A DNA stretch of 64,000 bases from Candidatus Jorgensenbacteria bacterium (lineage in GTDB: Bacteria > Patescibacteriota > Minisyncoccia > UBA6257 > GWB1-50-10), in NCBI GenBank assembly GCA_043807585.1, contig JAZDFV010000001.1, positions 46,590 through 110,589 of the forward strand, read 5' to 3'. The notes under the pieces are model-generated. The model was given only the letters and a program-made list of their open reading frames with translations. It searched no databases and was not told where the DNA came from. Of this stretch, positions 28,679 to 37,388 are shown piece by piece; positions within the stretch are counted from its first letter, which is position 1; each line of letters opens with the position of its first letter. A program made the position numbers and the translations under genes.

Positions 28679-29161
28679 ATGCCCACGTTGTTCCACAGTT
28701 CCTTCGGTCTCGAGCTTTCCCTGGGGCAGGTGGTTGCGGAGATCGTGCGCTTCATCACCGCGGACCCCACGCGGCGGTACAAAGTGACCATAGGTACCGA
28801 CTCCGAGCAGGACCCCTCCAAGATGGCGGATTTTGTGACCGCGGTCGTTGTGCACCGCGTGGGGAACGGCGGCCGCTACTTCTGGCGCCGCATCGAGCTG
28901 GGCAAATTCTACACGCTTCGCGACCGTATCATCCGTGAGGTCATGCTTTCCCTGGAGCTCGCGGAATCGCTCCTCGCACTTCTCCGTGAGGAGGCGAAGC
29001 ACCTGGAGTGGAGCTTTGAGATCCACGCCGATGTCGGCGAGAACGGCGAGACCAAGGTCTTGATTCAGGAGGTGGTGGGGATGATCCGCGCGAACCATTT
29101 CGAGGCGAAGACCAAGCCGGAGAGCTATGCGGCCTCCAAGGTGGCGGATAGGCATGTGTAG
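28679..29161 (+). CDS. YkuK/DUF458 RNase H-like protein
   Basis: IGTDS, AVVVHR.G.GG, EIHADVG..G.T, KP.SYAAS.VADRH. Confidence 0.9.
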   Translation: MPTLFHSSFGLELSLGQVVAEIVRFITADPTRRYKVTIGTDSEQDPSKMADFVTAVVVHRVGNGGRYFWRRIELGKFYTLRDRIIREVMLSLELAESLLALLREEAKHLEWSFEIHADVGENGETKVLIQEVVGMIRANHFEAKTKPESYAASKVADRHV

Positions 29162-29188
29162 AGCTTTGTTCAAATCATTCAGACAACC

Positions 29189-29752
29189 ATGGCAGACAAA
29201 CTCGTTTTTGACATTGAGACGAAGAACACGTTCGACGACGTCAACAGCCACATACCAGAGTTCGAGGTGTCGGTGGTTGGCGTCTACTCCTATGGTGACG
29301 ATGTGTATACCTGCTTTGACGAGCACGAATTGGACAAGCTCGGCGAGATGCTCCAGCGCGCGCATTTCCTGATAGGTTTTTCAAGCAAGCGCTTCGATCT
29401 CCCCATCCTCCAGAAATACTTCAAGTTCAATCTTTCCACTATTGCCCACTTCGACATCTTGGAGGAGGTTGAAAAGAGCTACGGCCGTCGCGTGGGGCTT
29501 GGGGTGCTCGCGGAGGCGAACCTCGGTGTTGGGAAGAGCGCCCATGGGCTCCAGGCAATAGAGTTTTACAAGAACGGCGAGATGGAAAGGCTCAAATCCT
29601 ACTGCCTCCAAGACGTGAGACTCACGAAAGACCTCTACGAGCTTATGAAGCGCCAGGGATATCTCTGGATCCCCCAGCGTGACGTCCCGCAGATGACAAA
29701 AGCGTCATTCAATGTTGAGGAGCCGGTGCCCCCACCGGCGCAACTGCTATAA
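29189..29752 (+). CDS. DEDD-type RNase H-like 3'-5' exonuclease (YprB-like)
   Basis: VFDIET, GF...FD.P.L, YC..DV.LT..LY. Confidence 0.85.
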   Translation: MADKLVFDIETKNTFDDVNSHIPEFEVSVVGVYSYGDDVYTCFDEHELDKLGEMLQRAHFLIGFSSKRFDLPILQKYFKFNLSTIAHFDILEEVEKSYGRRVGLGVLAEANLGVGKSAHGLQAIEFYKNGEMERLKSYCLQDVRLTKDLYELMKRQGYLWIPQRDVPQMTKASFNVEEPVPPPAQLL

Positions 29753-29759
29753 TCATTGT

Positions 29760-30071
29760 ATGGAGAGCTCGAAACTAAAGAAAAACAGAACGCTGCTTAT
29801 CGCTTTTGTGGTAGTTATGATAGCGGGTCTCGTGGCGGCTTACGTGCCGCTCATCTTCTCCCCGCCGCCGCTTGCCCCCGAGTCCGCAGCGCAACCGGAG
29901 AACGTGAATCCAGATCAACTCCTGATTCCCGTGGAACCAACCTCCACGGAGCCGACTGTTCTTCCTACCTCTTCCGCGCCACAGTCAGGCGTTCCTGAGA
30001 CCAAAGGATTCTCCGGTTTGAGCGAGGAAGGCCAATCGCTCCAAGATCTGGATTCGCTGTTGGGGGAGTAA
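29760..30071 (+). CDS. Small membrane-anchored Pro-rich hypothetical protein
   Basis: TM helix; TATAAT 6 nt before the ATG. Confidence 0.65.
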   Translation: MESSKLKKNRTLLIAFVVVMIAGLVAAYVPLIFSPPPLAPESAAQPENVNPDQLLIPVEPTSTEPTVLPTSSAPQSGVPETKGFSGLSEEGQSLQDLDSLLGE

Positions 30072-30176
30072 TCAAAAATTTGGAATTTTACGTCTTTTTT
30101 CTATTGCTATACAAGTAAGCATAACTAGGTTGACTTCCTTGATTTGTTTGCAATAAGCTATGCTATACTAAAAAAG

Positions 30177-30389
30177 ATGAGAAACATTAAAGAAACAACA
30201 AGGGGCCGCAGCTTTGCTGCTCTGACAAAAAAATATGAGAACAAATGGGTTGCTTTATCCGCGGACTATAAAAAGGTGTTAGCGGCAGGAAGTTCTTTAG
30301 ACGCTGTTTTGAAAGGAGTTAAGCAACAAGAGAAGGTAATAGTAAAAATTCTCCCGCAAGCTGGCTACGTTCCCGTTTCTTTGAAATGA
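30177..30389 (+). CDS. DUF5678-like small protein
   Basis: KYENKWVAL...KVLAAG.SL motif; AT-rich. Confidence 0.7.
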   Translation: MRNIKETTRGRSFAALTKKYENKWVALSADYKKVLAAGSSLDAVLKGVKQQEKVIVKILPQAGYVPVSLK

Positions 30390-30814
30390 GGTTCCAATAT
30401 TGGCCGGTGGCGGGAGTTTTTGACTCAAGGGGAAAATTAGTAAAGAGGCCAGTTTTGGAATTAGAACTCATAGGCGAGAAGGGAGCGAGTATGAGCACGA
30501 TTGGCGTGGTGGATTCTGGCGCTGACACAACCACTCTCAATATCCAGTTCGCTAAGGCGTTGAATATTAAATTAGAAGAATCGAAAACTAAGGAGATTAT
30601 AGGCATTGGGGATGGCAAGGTAAAAGTGTATCTTGGGAAAATTCGTTTTAAAATAAAGCACACAGAGGAAGAAATTGAAGTTCCAGCGTGGTATGTAGAT
30701 AGTGACAATGTGAATTTTCTGATAGGACAAGAAGTTTTCTTTGATACTCACCGAATAAAGTTTGAAAAAGATCACGATTCTTTTGAGATTGTAAATTCAC
30801 GCAGTGGCAGATAG
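30386..30814 (+). CDS. Retropepsin-like aspartic protease
   Basis: VVDSGAD catalytic motif, GIG flap, LIGQ..FF; ATGA overlap with the upstream gene. Confidence 0.85.
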   Translation: MRFQYWPVAGVFDSRGKLVKRPVLELELIGEKGASMSTIGVVDSGADTTTLNIQFAKALNIKLEESKTKEIIGIGDGKVKVYLGKIRFKIKHTEEEIEVPAWYVDSDNVNFLIGQEVFFDTHRIKFEKDHDSFEIVNSRSGR

Positions 30815-30827
30815 AAAAATAAAACTC

Positions 30828-30854
30828 AAAAACCCGCATTTGGAGCGGGTTTTT
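30828..30854 (+). terminator. Intrinsic terminator
   Basis: AAACCCGC...GCGGGTTTTT. Confidence 0.7.
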
Positions 30855-30863
30855 GGTATGTTG

Positions 30864-30909
30864 ATGGTTCGATAAACTCACCATCAATGCTGAGCTTGCC
30901 GAAGCATTG
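30864..30909. repeat. REP-like element of the TGAGCTTGTCGAAG family
   Basis: ATGGTTCGATAAACTCACCAT-CAATGCTGAGCTTGCCGAAGCATTG; relatives at 32371, 35184 and 35500. Confidence 0.65.
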
Positions 30910-31015
30910 ACTTATTTAGGTACATGTGCTAGTATGAAACCGTAGTTGGGAACCGCTCAATTACGTTCTTTACCAACATTTTCGGCGCGAATGCAAGCGC
31001 CAGGAGGATTACAAA

Positions 31016-31705
31016 ATGTTGTATACATTCATTGATTGGGGAAACCGTTCGTTCCCCTGGTGTGTCGCCGTTATCGCATTGTTAGTAGTTGCCCTTATCC
31101 TTCCCGTACATCTTTCCTTACCAGCGGGTATTTACATCGCCACGATTCTTGTATTCATCATCTCTGGCCTTGCTGACCTAATAGGTGACGCAAGAAAGAG
31201 GCAGAAGCGGTTTTGCGATCTCACCATCCCCGCCGGTGGAGGGGAAATGAATCTTGTGAACAAGGCAATGTGGCCCCATCCTGGTTCAGAGGCATGGACT
31301 GCTAGAATCTACTGGGTCAGAGAGCTCTGTGAGCTGATGAGATATCCCGCGGGGCGCGTGTGTCTTCAAGCGCTATTCGATTTGAGGCTCGCGGCGCTCG
31401 CAAAGAAGTTCAACGACACTGATGATGCCCAAACTAGTTTCAGAAAGCGGCTTGAGAGTACGCTCAAAAGCCCGAAAGAACACTGGACAATGAATGTTGA
31501 GGGTGTCGAGAACCTTCTGGATAGAGAGGAAAAGGAACATGCGGCGGCACTGGATAGGGCAAAGGAGGCAATGAATTTTGCCCGGACCGCGGTTGGTAAA
31601 CTTGGTTTCCGGACGTGGAGGAATTACCGAGCGTATCTTTTGCTGAACGAGGATGAGGTTCTCAAGGAGGCGCTTTATAAAATCTTCGAGGCGAAGAAGG
31701 GGTAA
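31016..31705 (+). CDS. Accessory membrane protein (2 TM plus helical domain)
   Basis: Own TTGACT promoter, GGAGG SD, downstream hairpin. Confidence 0.75.
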   Translation: MLYTFIDWGNRSFPWCVAVIALLVVALILPVHLSLPAGIYIATILVFIISGLADLIGDARKRQKRFCDLTIPAGGGEMNLVNKAMWPHPGSEAWTARIYWVRELCELMRYPAGRVCLQALFDLRLAALAKKFNDTDDAQTSFRKRLESTLKSPKEHWTMNVEGVENLLDREEKEHAAALDRAKEAMNFARTAVGKLGFRTWRNYRAYLLLNEDEVLKEALYKIFEAKKG

Positions 31706-31803
31706 ATGCTATTGTTGTCATGAAATCGAATTGCCGTTCCTATGGAGCGGCAATTTTTGTTTCTGGTTTGGAGTTCCGCATTGCTTTGTTGTACAGTTAC
31801 GCT

Positions 31804-33051
31804 ATGCGCGACAAAGCCATCGAGCGGCTCATAGGGAAAGAAGAGCAGCGGCAAAAGCGCGTGATAAACCTCATCGCGTCGGAGAATTTCGTTTCGCCTG
31901 ACGTGCTCCGCACCTTGGGGTCAGTGTTCACCAACAAGTACGCCGAGGGATATTCCCACCTCCGCTACTACGGCGGGAACGAGGTGGTGGATGAGCTGGA
32001 GGATTTGGTAAAGGAGCGCGCGCTCAAGCTTTTTAAACTTTCCCCGAAGGCGTGGAGCGTCAACGTCCAACCGTATTCCGGTTCTCCCGCAAATCTCGCT
32101 GTCTACCACGCGCTCGTGCCGGTGGGTGGGAAAATCATGGGAATGGCCTTGGACATGGGCGGGCATCTCACGCACGGCCACAGGGTGAGCGTGACCGGAA
32201 AGCTCTGGAAACAAATTCCCTATGGCGTGGACAGGAAAACCGAACGATTGGACTACGGCGCGCTTTTAAAACTCGCGAAGAAAGAGAAACCGGCACTCAT
32301 CGTCGCGGGCTACACTGCCTACTCGCGCATCATTGATTTCAAAAAGTTTAGGAAGATCGCGGATGCCGTGGTTTACCCTGAGTCAAATCGAAGGGGCGCC
32401 ATCCTCATGGTAGATATGTCCCACTTTGCGGGCCTCGTGGCGGGCGGCGCCTACCCATCCCCCTTTCCCTACGTGGATGTGGTTACTACCACAACCCACA
32501 AGACCTTGCGCGGGCCGAGGGCAGCGCTTATATTCGCAAGGAAATCCGAAATCCGAAATCAGAAATCCGAAACAAATTCGAAATTCGAAATTCGAAATTC
32601 GAAATTATCAATCGCAGAAGCGATTGATAAGGCAGTATTTCCTGGCCTCCAGGGAGGACCGCATATGAACGCCATCGCCGCGGTGGGGGTGGCACTCCAT
32701 GAGGCATCACAGCCAGCGTTCAAAAAGTACGCGAAACAGGTGGTGAGGAATGCCAAGGCGCTCGCGGAGGGATTGAAAAAATTGGGCTGGCGCATCGTCT
32801 CGGGCGGGACCGACACGCATCTTTTTCTCGTGGATACCTTTGCGCGTGGCGTGAGCGGGAAAGTCGCAAGTGAAAAATTGGAACGCAAGGATATCATCGT
32901 GAACAAGAACATGATCCCCTACGACACGCGAAAGCCCACCGACCCCTCCGGCATCCGTCTCGGCACCCCCGCGGTCACCACTCGCGGGATGAAGGAGAAG
33001 GATATGGCCCGCCTCGCCCGCCGCATCGATCAAGCGCTGAAGAGTGCGTAA
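31804..33051 (+). CDS. glyA: Serine hydroxymethyltransferase
   Basis: LIASEN, NKYAEGY, GGHLTHG, TTTTHKTLRGPR, FPGLQGGP; start is the ATG at 31804. Confidence 0.97.
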   Translation: MRDKAIERLIGKEEQRQKRVINLIASENFVSPDVLRTLGSVFTNKYAEGYSHLRYYGGNEVVDELEDLVKERALKLFKLSPKAWSVNVQPYSGSPANLAVYHALVPVGGKIMGMALDMGGHLTHGHRVSVTGKLWKQIPYGVDRKTERLDYGALLKLAKKEKPALIVAGYTAYSRIIDFKKFRKIADAVVYPESNRRGAILMVDMSHFAGLVAGGAYPSPFPYVDVVTTTTHKTLRGPRAALIFARKSEIRNQKSETNSKFEIRNSKLSIAEAIDKAVFPGLQGGPHMNAIAAVGVALHEASQPAFKKYAKQVVRNAKALAEGLKKLGWRIVSGGTDTHLFLVDTFARGVSGKVASEKLERKDIIVNKNMIPYDTRKPTDPSGIRLGTPAVTTRGMKEKDMARLARRIDQALKSA

Positions 33052-33168
33052 ATTCCAAACCCCAAGCACCAAGTTTCAAATAAATTCCAATAGCCAAAAT
33101 TCAAAACAGTTTCAGTCATTGAGGTTTAGATATTATTTGTGATTTGGAATTTGGAGCTTGGAATTTAA
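33050..33168. repeat. Inverted array of degenerate 7-mers
   Basis: AAATTCC/AAGCACC units versus GGAATTT/GGAGCTT; core shared with 19725-19750. Confidence 0.8.
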
Positions 33169-33172
33169 AACC

Positions 33173-34096
33173 ATGGTAATAGACGGCAGAAAAATTGCGG
33201 AGGAACTGCTCGTGGAGCTTAAAAAACTACCGAAGCCGGAGAAATTTCTCGCAGTGGTAATGGTGGGTGAGGATCCCGCCTCCGAGAGTTTCGTGGGGCA
33301 GAAAGAAAAAGTGGCGCGCGAACTCGGGGTAGATTTTCGCATCTACCGGTTTCCCGTGGATGCCTCACAGGACGCGCTGCGGAAGGAGGTGTTGAAGATC
33401 ACGGAGCACAAAACCTGCGGCGGGGTCGTAGTGCAACTCCCCCTCCCCGCGGCCGTGAACAAGCAGTATGTGTTGAACGCCATCCCGCGCGAGAAAGACG
33501 TAGACGTGTTGGGAGAACGGGCGCTCGGCGCTTTTTATGCGGGCCGGAACTTAGTGTTGCCGCCCGCCGTCGGCGTTCTTAATGAAATAATCCGGCGTCT
33601 ATTTCCTCTCGGAACCGGACGTTCTTCGGCTCCAGCGGCCGAAGCCGTCCTGCGCTCTCGGCCGCAAGACGCCACAGGCGACCAAGCTCTTGCGTCCTCC
33701 GAGAGCTTCCGTTCGGAAACAGCCGCCGTACTTTTAAAAGACAAAAAGGTTGCCGTCGTTGGGCTTGGTTTCTTGGTTGGGAAGCCCATTGCGACGTGGC
33801 TTGCGGGAAAGTGTGCGGAGATTTTTGCGCTTGACCTAGGAAGCGATTTCAATATTTTGAAGGACGCGGATGTGGTTATCTCCGGCGCCGGGAAAGCGGG
33901 GATCCTGAAACCCGAGATGCTCAAAAATGACGCGCTCGTAATTGATTTTGGCTATTCATTCGTTGACGGGAAGATTTCCGGCGACTTTGATGCGTCATCG
34001 TCATCGTCGTTGGCGTACACGCCAACGCCCGGCGGCACCGGCCCCATTCTTGTAGCTAAGCTGTTTGAGAATTTCTATAAACTAGCTATACTTTAA
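33173..34096 (+). CDS. folD: Methylene-THF dehydrogenase/cyclohydrolase with an in-frame insertion of about 45 aa
   Basis: IDGRKIA, VQLPLP, KDVD, VGKP, IDFG, GDFD, TPTPGGTGP. Confidence 0.93.
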   Translation: MVIDGRKIAEELLVELKKLPKPEKFLAVVMVGEDPASESFVGQKEKVARELGVDFRIYRFPVDASQDALRKEVLKITEHKTCGGVVVQLPLPAAVNKQYVLNAIPREKDVDVLGERALGAFYAGRNLVLPPAVGVLNEIIRRLFPLGTGRSSAPAAEAVLRSRPQDATGDQALASSESFRSETAAVLLKDKKVAVVGLGFLVGKPIATWLAGKCAEIFALDLGSDFNILKDADVVISGAGKAGILKPEMLKNDALVIDFGYSFVDGKISGDFDASSSSSLAYTPTPGGTGPILVAKLFENFYKLAIL

Positions 34097-34146
34097 GCAG
34101 CTGCTGTAAAAAAGTGATTCTCTCACAGATACGAAAGGAGGCTGTT

Positions 34147-34461
34147 ATGGGCAAGATGGTTTTCAACCGAGAGGAAGAGGTGGAGAAGTTCAGAAGGGTT
34201 CTGAATAACCCCGGCATGAAGAAGGTCATGAGGCGAGTAGAAAAGAAGTTAGAGCGGGAAATGAGAGCTGCTACGAAAGCCGTTGATGAAATGATGCTGA
34301 AACAAAGTGAAAAGATAGGTCAGATAATGAAAGGGAGAAACGTCGGCGTAAGCGCAGCTCTTGAAATCCTGGTAGATGGAACCTGCGCTGAGGAGCAACT
34401 CCGTGAGAAGAGCGGTTCTCGTAGGATCCAATCTCGAAAAAGAACCCCGAGGTCGAAATGA
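34147..34461 (+). CDS. Hypothetical helical accessory protein
   Basis: AAGGAGG SD; hairpin at the 3' end. Confidence 0.65.
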   Translation: MGKMVFNREEEVEKFRRVLNNPGMKKVMRRVEKKLEREMRAATKAVDEMMLKQSEKIGQIMKGRNVGVSAALEILVDGTCAEEQLREKSGSRRIQSRKRTPRSK

Positions 34462-34492
34462 CCCGGGGTTTTTGTTCGAAGAATATCGACTA

Positions 34493-35074
34493 CTACGCTC
34501 GCTTCGGTGCCTTACTGACCAAGCGCATCATACCCATCGCATTCGAGGTGTATGAGACAAACGTGGCGAAGGAAAAGAACGACATAAAGGCGAGGGCGAC
34601 GAGAATAGGGCTCCCGCTCCACGGCTCTCCAAAGGTCAGGATGAGCAGTACGAGAGACATCGCGATGACGTGACAAACCTGGCGCGCCTTCCCGAAGCCA
34701 TTCGTTCTCACGAACAAGCCCGTTCTTCGCTTTGTAATGGCTCTCAAGACCCAAATGCTGGCCTCGCAAGTGAATACCATAGCGGCAAAGAGAAGCTCCG
34801 GTGTACTTCGCAGATAGTCCCAGGAATACATCTGATATAGGAAGACAAAGAGAATGAGACGGTCTCGAAGTGGGTCGATTTGCCGTCCCAGCTCCGTTAC
34901 CATCCCCAACTTTCCCGCGGCGTAACCGTCGAAGAAGTCCGATAGTCCGGCGAGAGCGAAGCCCAGGATAATCCATATGGAATCGTGCATATAACAAGCG
35001 TAAGCGTAGAGCCCGGCCATCACGAAGCCGAAGGCCGTGATGCGGTTTGGGGTAAGCCATTTGGGCCAATTCAT
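34493..35074 (-). CDS. CDP-alcohol phosphatidyltransferase family protein
   Basis: PN.IT and D..DG..A......T..G...DP..D signature; GGAGG SD. Confidence 0.9.
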   Translation of the reverse strand: MNWPKWLTPNRITAFGFVMAGLYAYACYMHDSIWIILGFALAGLSDFFDGYAAGKLGMVTELGRQIDPLRDRLILFVFLYQMYSWDYLRSTPELLFAAMVFTCEASIWVLRAITKRRTGLFVRTNGFGKARQVCHVIAMSLVLLILTFGEPWSGSPILVALAFMSFFSFATFVSYTSNAMGMMRLVSKAPKRA

Positions 35075-35183
35075 GGGACACCTCCGCTTTTATGGTGGAT
35101 TGGTTCTGTGAAGGAAATCTGGACCCACTATAATACGGCCCCCGGAAAAGCGCAAAAAAACCGGACGTTATGTCCGGTCTTTC

Positions 35184-35245
35184 TCATCCCGAGCTTGTCG
35201 AAGGGCCATTCTTCGCTCGTTCCACCAACAATCCCTTTTCTCTCT
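35184..35245 (-). pseudogene. Probable relic of a recA 3' end plus its downstream REP
   Basis: Reads ERKGIVGGTSEE versus RecA end [10 protein letters not shown], followed by the same GAGCTTGTCGA element as the intact recA. Confidence 0.5.
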
Positions 35246-35257
35246 TTGTTATCTGCC

Positions 35258-35314
35258 CCCGGCGGCACCGCCTCCATCCTCATTGCGAAATTGTTTGAGA
35301 ATTTTTATACGCTA
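35258..35314 (+). pseudogene. Relic of a folD 3' end
   Basis: PGGTASILIAKLFENFYTL versus FolD PGGTGPILVAKLFENFYKL. Confidence 0.85.
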
Positions 35315-35347
35315 AATGCATGTAGTGGTCATAAAACCAATTGTCTT

Positions 35348-35443
35348 ATGAGGGTTTTTGAAGTTGGAAGGGTGGGTAGTTTAGGATCTATTTTTTGATG
35401 TATTAAAACTATCCTATGGTTACGGTCGTCTCTGTAGGATAGT
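35348..35443 (+). pseudogene. Probable relic of a PaaX-like C-terminus followed by its palindrome
   Basis: RVFEVGRVGSL versus HIFEVSKSGTL of 40997-41584; palindrome AACTATCCTA..ACGGTCG..TAGGATAGTT. Confidence 0.5.
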
Positions 35444-35522
35444 TCAAGTTTTACCCGCGTTAAAGAAAGAAACCACGGGTGTAAGCCCGTGGAATTTCAT
35501 TTACCCTGAGCTTGTCGAGGGG

Positions 35523-36566
35523 TTATTCTTCGTCCGCAGGCGAACTTGCTCCTATCACTATCTTCTTCTCCGCCGCTTCCATGGTTTTCTTTCTTAAGGT
35601 ATCCAAAAGTTTTTTATCCTCTTTCAATTTCAGGCGCACCGTGTCAAAGCCCACGCCCAGTTTTTCCTCGCCGAAGGAGTAGCTCGCGCCGGACTTGCTG
35701 ACCACGCCGTACTTTATGGCCGAGTTGAGCACGTCGCCCTCGTAGGAAATACCCTCGCCGTACATGATATCGAACTCCGCGATGCGGAATGGTGACGCTA
35801 CCTTATTTTTCACCACCTTCGCCTTCACGCGGTTTCCGACGATCTCCTCCCCCCTCTTTATCTGCGCCACGCGGCGGATATCAATGCGCACCGAGGCGTA
35901 GAACTTCAGAGCCATGCCGCCCGGCGTCGTCTCGGGGTTCCCGTACACGATGCCGATCTTCATGCGGGTCTGGTTGATGAAAATGACGATGGTGCCGGAT
36001 TTCGCGGCGATGGCGGTGAGTTTCCGGAGCGCCTGGGACATAAGGCGTGCCTGGAGCCCCATGTGCTGGGCTCCCATCTCGCCCTCGATTTCCGCGCGGG
36101 GTGTCAGGGCCGCGACCGAGTCAATCACCACCACCCCGATGATGCCCGAGCGCACCAAACTCTCCAAAATATTAAGCGCTTCCTCGCCGTTGTCGGGCTG
36201 GGAAATGATGAGGTCCTTCACGCGCACCCCTATCCTCCCCGCGTACTCGGGGTCCAGGGCATGCTCGGCGTCGATGAATGCCGCTTTCCCGCCATGCTTC
36301 TGCACCTCTGCGACTGCGTGGAGCGCGAGGGTGGTTTTGCCGCTCGATTCCGGGCCGAATATTTCAATAACGCGCCCTTTCGGGAATCCTCCTACCCCAA
36401 GCGCAAGGTCAAGCGAGAAGGAACCCGTAGGTATGGTTTCCACCTTTGCGCGGTGGGTGTCGCCCAACGTCATCACCGCGCCCTCGCCAAAGCGGGACTG
36501 GAGCGATTCCATGAGGGCTTCAAGTTCGCCCTCCGGTTTTTTCTCCGGTTTCTTTGCGGGGGCCAT
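35523..36566 (-). CDS. recA: Recombinase RecA
   Basis: [33 protein letters not shown]. Confidence 0.98.
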   Translation of the reverse strand: MAPAKKPEKKPEGELEALMESLQSRFGEGAVMTLGDTHRAKVETIPTGSFSLDLALGVGGFPKGRVIEIFGPESSGKTTLALHAVAEVQKHGGKAAFIDAEHALDPEYAGRIGVRVKDLIISQPDNGEEALNILESLVRSGIIGVVVIDSVAALTPRAEIEGEMGAQHMGLQARLMSQALRKLTAIAAKSGTIVIFINQTRMKIGIVYGNPETTPGGMALKFYASVRIDIRRVAQIKRGEEIVGNRVKAKVVKNKVASPFRIAEFDIMYGEGISYEGDVLNSAIKYGVVSKSGASYSFGEEKLGVGFDTVRLKLKEDKKLLDTLRKKTMEAAEKKIVIGASSPADEE

Positions 36567-36570
36567 TTTT

Positions 36571-37269
36571 TTATTCCGTAGATGTCGCGCTCGCCTGTCC
36601 GGTAGGCAGAGTACTCGTTGTCATCTGATAGAAAATTTGTTTCGTGAAGGTTTTTCCCGCGCCGAGGAGCCGTTTCACTCTGAACTCGAACGTGTTCCAA
36701 CCGTCTTTCAAGGTCACCAATTTTTCAAATGCGCCGTTGCTGTAAGGATAGAGCACTTCGCCGTTCAGCGTCAATTGATCGTTTTCGTTCACCGTGCCTT
36801 TGATGGTGAACGCGGATTCCTGCACCACCATGCCTTCGGTGATGTTCACCGAGAACTCATAGGAGTCCACAAAGGCGGGAATGCGAAAGAGAACGTACCC
36901 GAGGATGAGAACTCCGAGGAGCACCCAGAGAACCATCTTCCAGTTGAACCGCGGGATCGCGAAGCGGTTCGGGGGGAAAGTGTCACTTTCCCCCGCGCGG
37001 CGGACCGCGGCGCTCTCCGCGAGGTACCTGCGCCAGAGTTCTTCGCCGTCCAAGCCCAGCACCTCCGCGATTTTCACGAGGTAGCCGCGCATGTAGGGCG
37101 CCGCAGGGAGCTTGTGGTAGTGCTCTCCTACGAGGAGCTCCAAGAAGCGGTCCGAGATGCCCGTGAGCTGACTCAAGCGCTCCAAGGAAACACCCTTCAT
37201 ACGGAGGCCGTCCACGATTAGGTTCGCGAGGGCGCGCGTCTCCGGTGTGATTGGTTCACTCCGATTCAT
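36571..37269 (-). CDS. RodZ-like HTH membrane protein
   Basis: HTH, LP...Y.RGY...A..LGLD, TM, Ig-like C-terminus; downstream of ftsK. Confidence 0.8.
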   Translation of the reverse strand: MNRSEPITPETRALANLIVDGLRMKGVSLERLSQLTGISDRFLELLVGEHYHKLPAAPYMRGYLVKIAEVLGLDGEELWRRYLAESAAVRRAGESDTFPPNRFAIPRFNWKMVLWVLLGVLILGYVLFRIPAFVDSYEFSVNITEGMVVQESAFTIKGTVNENDQLTLNGEVLYPYSNGAFEKLVTLKDGWNTFEFRVKRLLGAGKTFTKQIFYQMTTSTLPTGQASATSTE

Positions 37270-37388
37270 CCCGTTAGAGGCAGGAAGCGCTGGCGCTTCC
37301 GTGCATGGAACACGAGACCTTTGATCCGGTTGATGCTGTGTGTTGCGGTTTTAGATTTCATTTCGCATTTTGATTGCCTCTAACGGGA
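37269..37388. mobile_element. TCCCGTTAGA-family element
   Basis: TCCCGTTAGAGGCA...TGCCTCTAACGGGA; supplies the ftsK stop codon and the A of the next ATG. Confidence 0.75.
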
